Of a stretch of 21,503 nucleotides of DNA, positions 17,941-21,503 are shown in pieces. The DNA comes from Thermodesulfobacteriota bacterium. Lineage in GTDB: Bacteria; Desulfobacterota; Desulfobulbia; Desulfobulbales; SURF-16. How positions within the stretch are numbered: position 1 is the stretch's first letter; every line of letters starts with the position of its first letter. The stretch is taken from contig JBFMAY010000054.1 of assembly GCA_040755455.1 (NCBI GenBank), forward strand, positions 1-21,503. The letters run 5' to 3'. Under the pieces are notes generated by a model. The model made no database searches and had not been told where the DNA came from. It worked only from the letters and a program-made list of their open reading frames with translations. Position numbers and translations under genes: made by a program.

Positions 17941-19914
17941 TTATGGGAAACGGTACCAGGCCCACCCTAGCCACTTGGGGGTCAGACCGCAGCGGACCCG
18001 ATCGATCTTCAAGGTGTATGTCCCGGTTATATTCGGGGTAAACTCGACAATTTCGTACGTATTGTCCCAGCTGTAGGAGCCGGCAATCAAGGTCGTCCCC
18101 CGGTAGATCTTCAGGTCCAGATCGGCGCTGGGTTGGCTGCCATAGGAAGCATAGGCTGTGTTTTGATCCCAGACGATGACGACCCGTGTCTTCTTGCCGG
18201 CCGTCAGCGACATCGAGATGCTGTAAGGATCCGCCGAGGTGCATGAATAGGCCATGGCGCCCCAGTGGCCATAGGCGTTGCTGTTGTCCATGGCGACATA
18301 GTCAGCCCGGCTGGCGACCATACCTCCGGCGCCGTCCTTCTCGCTCAAGCGGGCAGCGCCTTCAATATTGTTCGTGGCAGTTGCCATGAGAATCGCTTTG
18401 ACCGCCTCGGGCCAGCTATCCAGCGATGGATTGCGATCGATCATCAGCGCGATCGTGCCGGTAACCATCGGCGCGGCATAACTGGTGCCGGAGCCAATCG
18501 CTCCCACCCACGGCGAAGAAATGGTGGTGCCGTTGATCCTGGTGCCTGGCGCGGCTAGTTCCGGTTTCTCGCGATCGCCATGGCTTGAAGCGGGATCAAC
18601 GTAACTGGAGCAGGATTGCATGGCATCATCACTCCAGCTGACCGTGTTCATATCATTAAAGTTGCCTACCGTGATGGTGTTATAGCCCAAGCCAGGGCTG
18701 ATCACTTTGGCGTCACCACCGTCGCAAGGGCCAGCGCGGTTGCCTGCGGCCGCGACGATATTGACATGCTTGTTGATCACCATGTCATCAAAGAACTTAT
18801 CGCCAACGCCCGGCACCATGCTGCTGATCAACCCGCCCCAACTGTTATTAATCACATCCGCTCCCCAGCTGTAAGCCCGGCTGGCGGCGTTCAGCAATTC
18901 CCAGCCATACCCCATGCACGATCCGCCCACAAGGACATTCGCTTTGTAGGCAATGCCTTTGTATGTGCTGTGACTGCTCTTGATGATGCCCACCACGCCT
19001 GTGGAATGGCTTGACAGGCAGGTATTGGACGTGTCCCGCGCTACCCCGAGCAGGTATGGGTTTGTGACGGGATAAGGAATGTCTCCGCCGACTTCCACCA
19101 CGCCGACATACGATCCCGCGCCAGTGATGCCGCGAGACTGAACAACATCGGCATAGATCGCCCTGCGGGCGATATTCAAGGCAGGCTCGTGGATCTGATC
19201 GAGATAGATCATGTCCACCTCATCCCAGAAACCTGCTTCCCAGATCGCGGCAGGGGTCAGTTCAGCGTAAACAGCCGGGGAATATTGATCGGCGGTTGTC
19301 GCGAAGCCCATTTGGTGAATCCGCTTCCTGACCGGCCCGTTCACCTCCTCAACATCCACGGCACGTTCCGCGCGGGCGTCTTCCTTGATCGCTTTCACCT
19401 CTGCCCTGGATTGATTACCTTTCGGCCATGGGCGTCGATAAGACTTCTCAGCCCCAAGATCATCCTTCAACCACAGGATCACCTTGATCCGCCCGCCGTC
19501 CGGCGCGTTTGCAAGGCGCTGCTGCAATTCGGGATGCAGACGTCCAGACTGTTCGTCGTACAGCTGTTGTTCAGCGGCATGCAAATCAGCAATGTTGACC
19601 TCTTCCAAAGCCTGATTAAGGGCGACGGCATACGTCTCGCCGTTACGAACATGCAAAACCTTGCATTCGAAAACCGTGGTTCCCGACGCATGGTATTCAA
19701 CTTCAATGCCGCCGACAACTTGCAGCGCCTGCAGGGGGATACCATGTTGCCGGGCGACATACTGCCGGGCGGCTTCCTCATAGCCCTTCTTGTCCGCCTG
19801 GTTGGCCTTGATGCCAAAGGGCATGTTGACAGATTCCCCTTGCGCCAAGGGTGCGCTGGCGAACGTCAAAACAAGAAGAAACAGGCAGTGGCAGATCTTT
19901 TGACAATGGCTCAT
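17941..19914 (-). CDS. Secreted S8 (subtilisin-like) serine peptidase with prodomain and C-terminal beta-sandwich domain
   Basis: Signal peptide (MSHCQKICHCLFLLVLTFASAPLAQG), GITGAGSYVGVVEVG, HSTGVVGII (His), INNSWG, AAAGN (oxyanion Asn), KPELAAPG, SGTSYAAP (Ser) and DLDLKIY C-terminal domain. Start ATG 19914 with GAAGGA upstream. Confidence 0.9.
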   Translation of the reverse strand: MSHCQKICHCLFLLVLTFASAPLAQGESVNMPFGIKANQADKKGYEEAARQYVARQHGIPLQALQVVGGIEVEYHASGTTVFECKVLHVRNGETYAVALNQALEEVNIADLHAAEQQLYDEQSGRLHPELQQRLANAPDGGRIKVILWLKDDLGAEKSYRRPWPKGNQSRAEVKAIKEDARAERAVDVEEVNGPVRKRIHQMGFATTADQYSPAVYAELTPAAIWEAGFWDEVDMIYLDQIHEPALNIARRAIYADVVQSRGITGAGSYVGVVEVGGDIPYPVTNPYLLGVARDTSNTCLSSHSTGVVGIIKSSHSTYKGIAYKANVLVGGSCMGYGWELLNAASRAYSWGADVINNSWGGLISSMVPGVGDKFFDDMVINKHVNIVAAAGNRAGPCDGGDAKVISPGLGYNTITVGNFNDMNTVSWSDDAMQSCSSYVDPASSHGDREKPELAAPGTRINGTTISSPWVGAIGSGTSYAAPMVTGTIALMIDRNPSLDSWPEAVKAILMATATNNIEGAARLSEKDGAGGMVASRADYVAMDNSNAYGHWGAMAYSCTSADPYSISMSLTAGKKTRVVIVWDQNTAYASYGSQPSADLDLKIYRGTTLIAGSYSWDNTYEIVEFTPNITGTYTLKIDRVRCGLTPKWLGWAWYRFP

Positions 19915-19960
19915 CAGGTTTTTTCCTTCTTTTTTCAACAGGTGCGATGATAAAGCTGAG

Positions 19961-20008
19961 TTGAGCAGCTTGTCTGCTCAAACGAAACTTATACCCTTGT
20001 GGTATAAG
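19961..20008 (-). promoter_or_regulatory. Twin 21-nt hairpins with identical loops in the putative 5' leader of the S8 gene
   Basis: TTGAGCAG-cttgt-CTGCTCAA (19961-19981) and CTTATACC-cttgt-GGTATAAG (19988-20008). Confidence 0.6.
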
Positions 20009-20050
20009 AATGTGCTTTTGGGCCGGCCAAGGCCAGGAAAGCAGAAATAT

Positions 20051-20079
20051 AGTTTATGCCTGCATGTGCTGGGACGCAA
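20051..20079 (-). promoter_or_regulatory. Putative sigma70 promoter for the S8 peptidase gene
   Basis: Minus strand TTGCGT (20079-20074), N17, TAAACT (20056-20051). Confidence 0.5.
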
Positions 20080-20141
20080 TATTTATCTCTGGTGAGCTGT
20101 CAGAATCATGCGCCGGATTTTTCCCCCCAAAAATAGAAAAC

Positions 20142-20522
20142 TACCATCTGGGGAAACTGGCCGAGCACATAGTAGGACAGGAATTACTCGGCAAACAGGT
20201 TGCCCGCCGCGGCAAGCAGTGCTTCTGGGTGAGGGAGAAGACACAATCCCAGGCTGAAGGTGATTTCATCATCCAGCATGGGGAAAAGGTAGTGCCCGTG
20301 GAGGTCAAGGCCGGCCCGGCGGGAAGGCTTCGTTCGCTGCATCAGTTCATGGATTATTGTCCGCACCGTCTGGCGCTTGGCCTCTATGCCGGCCCGTTGG
20401 ACGTCCAGCAGACAACGACTCTTGGCGGCAAGGGTTTTACCTTGATCAACATGCCGTATTTCATGGCAGCCAAGGTGCCGGATTATCTTAAATGGGTCGA
20501 GGGGGAGAGGGCGGATTCATGA
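20142..20522 (+). pseudogene. C-terminal remnant (DUF4143-like) of an AAA-family ATPase gene
   Basis: GKLAEHIVGQEL...FWVREKTQSQAEGDFII...VPVEVKAGPAGRLRSLHQFM is typical of the C-terminus of AAA_14/DUF4143 proteins. There is no Walker A or ATPase part upstream, and the N-terminal ~44 aa of the ORF are not homologous. Confidence 0.75.
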
Positions 20523-20715
20523 AGAACGCCGGCCGGGGGCTTCCTTTGGCTGTTCCGCATTCAGGTGCCCGTAAAGCCTGTGGGCGGACCTGGATCGAAT
20601 ATCTGCTGCTGGCGCCCCGGCGGCCAGATTGGCTGGGATTCTCGACCATGGACCTTCAGGGAGAACGGTCGTAGTGACCTCACCATGTTCGCTTTTATGG
20701 CATCAGGAGAGAAAT

Positions 20716-20740
20716 GTCAAAGGTAAAGATTTGACCCCTT
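20716..20740. repeat. REP-like short palindrome
   Basis: GTCAAA-ggtaaaga-TTTGAC-ccctt (minus strand: AAGGGGTCAAATCTTTACCTTTGAC). It resembles GGGGTCA-type REP-like elements as recalled, not searched; single copy in the window. Confidence 0.4.
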
Positions 20741-20788
20741 GTTCCCCGGCAGGGTGAAGCCTTCTTTAGCAAGTCGCCCGAGAGGTCG

Positions 20789-20887
20789 GTCAACAACAAG
20801 CGGTGACGCAAATCGAGCAAGCCGGCCGCCGAGGTGCTGCAGTGAACGCAGGGGGGGCTGACAGATAGACGCGGGCTTGTTGCGCAC
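20789..20887. repeat. MITE-like ~100-bp element with imperfect terminal inverted repeats
   Basis: GTcaaCAACAAGC ... GCTTGTTGcgcAC, with a perfect 8-bp core at 20794-20801 / 20875-20882. GC-rich interior with no convincing ORF. Confidence 0.4.
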
Positions 20888-20896
20888 AAAAAACAA

Positions 20897-20921
20897 AAAA
20901 GTTGCGCCAAGATCAACTTTT
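20897..20921. promoter_or_regulatory. Inverted-repeat operator upstream of the DUF4258 gene
   Basis: AAAAGTTG-N9-CAACTTTT, 17 nt before ATG 20939, overlapping a possible TTGCGC...TATAGA promoter. Confidence 0.45.
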
Positions 20922-20938
20922 GTTATAGAGTAAGTAAT

Positions 20939-21203
20939 ATGGAATTTGACCCGTTTGAAGAAATGGATAATGAAAAAGTCCACTCCATAATACGCGATAT
21001 TGTGGCGGGCGGGGAAATCATTATCAGTAAGCACGCCAAAGGACGAATGCGGGAACGCGGCTATTCAACCCATGACGTTGAACACATTTTGCTTCGTGGC
21101 GAAATTACGCATAAAGAATTCAAGGATAAAACCCAGAGCTGGGCATACACCATAAAAGGCGACGACCTTGAAAATGATCAAGGCGGCGTTGTCACCGTGA
21201 TTA
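20939..21203 (+). pseudogene. DUF4258-family (RelE/BrnT-like putative toxin) gene, interrupted near its 3' end by an IS
   Basis: IIISKHAKGRMRERGYSTHDVEHILLRGEI...WAYTIKGDDLE is the S-x-HA-x2-RM-x-ER signature. Similarity ends at VVTVI, where IS sequence begins. Confidence 0.75.
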
Positions 21204-21503
21204 TAATTCCAATTTGCATTCAAGTTGACACTATGCTACAATCTGGCCAAGGAGGTGAGCCATGGCCAGACCAATTACTATTAGTGAAGCAGAAGTTCAG
21301 CGGGCAAAGGATCTTCGAGACAAAGCGTCGACCGTGGCTGATTTTCGCAAGGCCCTTGCTGTAATCCTCAGCGCCGTGCTGTGCATTGACGCTGACAAAA
21401 TTGCTGAAATACTTGGAACAAGCAGAAGAACAGTCTTCCGAGACCGAGAAGAGATTCGCGATCAAGACGTCACCAAGAAAAAGTCTTGGGGTGGACGTCG
21501 GCG
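21204..21503 (+). mobile_element. Left end of an IS630-family insertion sequence (continues beyond the window)
   Basis: Junction ...GTGAT-TA|TAATTCCAATTTGCAT at a TA dinucleotide. Internal promoter TTGCAT-N17-TACAAT (21214-21242), RBS AGGAGGTG (21250-21257), then an HTH transposase-like ORF. Confidence 0.75.
21262..21503 (+). CDS. IS630-family transposase, N-terminal HTH part (truncated by the window edge)
   Basis: MARPITISEAEVQRAKDLRDKASTVADFRKALAVILSAVLCIDADKIAEILGTSRRTVFRDREEIRDQDVTKKKSWGGRR. It has an HTH (IAEILGTSRRTV) followed by WGGRR and a strong RBS. Not in the ORF track. Confidence 0.8.
   Translation, partial: MARPITISEAEVQRAKDLRDKASTVADFRKALAVILSAVLCIDADKIAEILGTSRRTVFRDREEIRDQDVTKKKSWGGRR

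Noticed and set aside
20010..20141. N-terminus of the 170-aa ORF 20010..20522
   Set aside because: No similarity to the ATPase family, and it overlaps the opposite-strand promoter and leader of the S8 gene.
20492..20700. Short ORF(s) after the DUF4143 remnant
   Set aside because: No recognisable motif in any frame; possibly relic DNA but not supportable.
1..21503. CRISPR arrays, tRNA/rRNA genes, integron attC sites
   Set aside because: No regularly spaced direct repeats, tRNA cloverleaf/T-loop context or convincing RYYYAAC...GTTRRRY cassette structure were seen by eye.

Overview
Bacterial chromosomal window whose gene content suggests a Desulfobacterota (Desulfobulbales-like) anaerobe; the taxonomy is inferred. 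About 1-17.9 kb is mostly housekeeping and signalling. It holds a large HD-domain gene that runs off the left edge and is missing from the ORF track, then ldcA-coaX, a frameshifted REC-HisKA-HATPase hybrid kinase coupled to a 67-aa C4C4 RING-like protein, thiD, a SlyD-like PPIase and an unknown helical protein. Next come a monoheme cytochrome c plus DUF3373-type outer-membrane barrel pair, an MCP, a REC-HD-GYP protein, hisI-hisG-yihA, a two-CW protein and a hydantoinase B/oxoprolinase. About 17.9-21.5 kb looks accessory. It holds a secreted subtilase with Glu in place of the catalytic Asp and a twin-hairpin leader, a DUF4143 ATPase remnant, REP/MITE-like repeats, and a DUF4258 toxin-like gene interrupted by an IS630-family element that runs off the right edge. 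No rRNA, tRNA or CRISPR array was seen. The best novelty candidates are the NOT4-like RING protein, the cytochrome-porin locus, the twin ACAAG-loop leader and the large HD protein.
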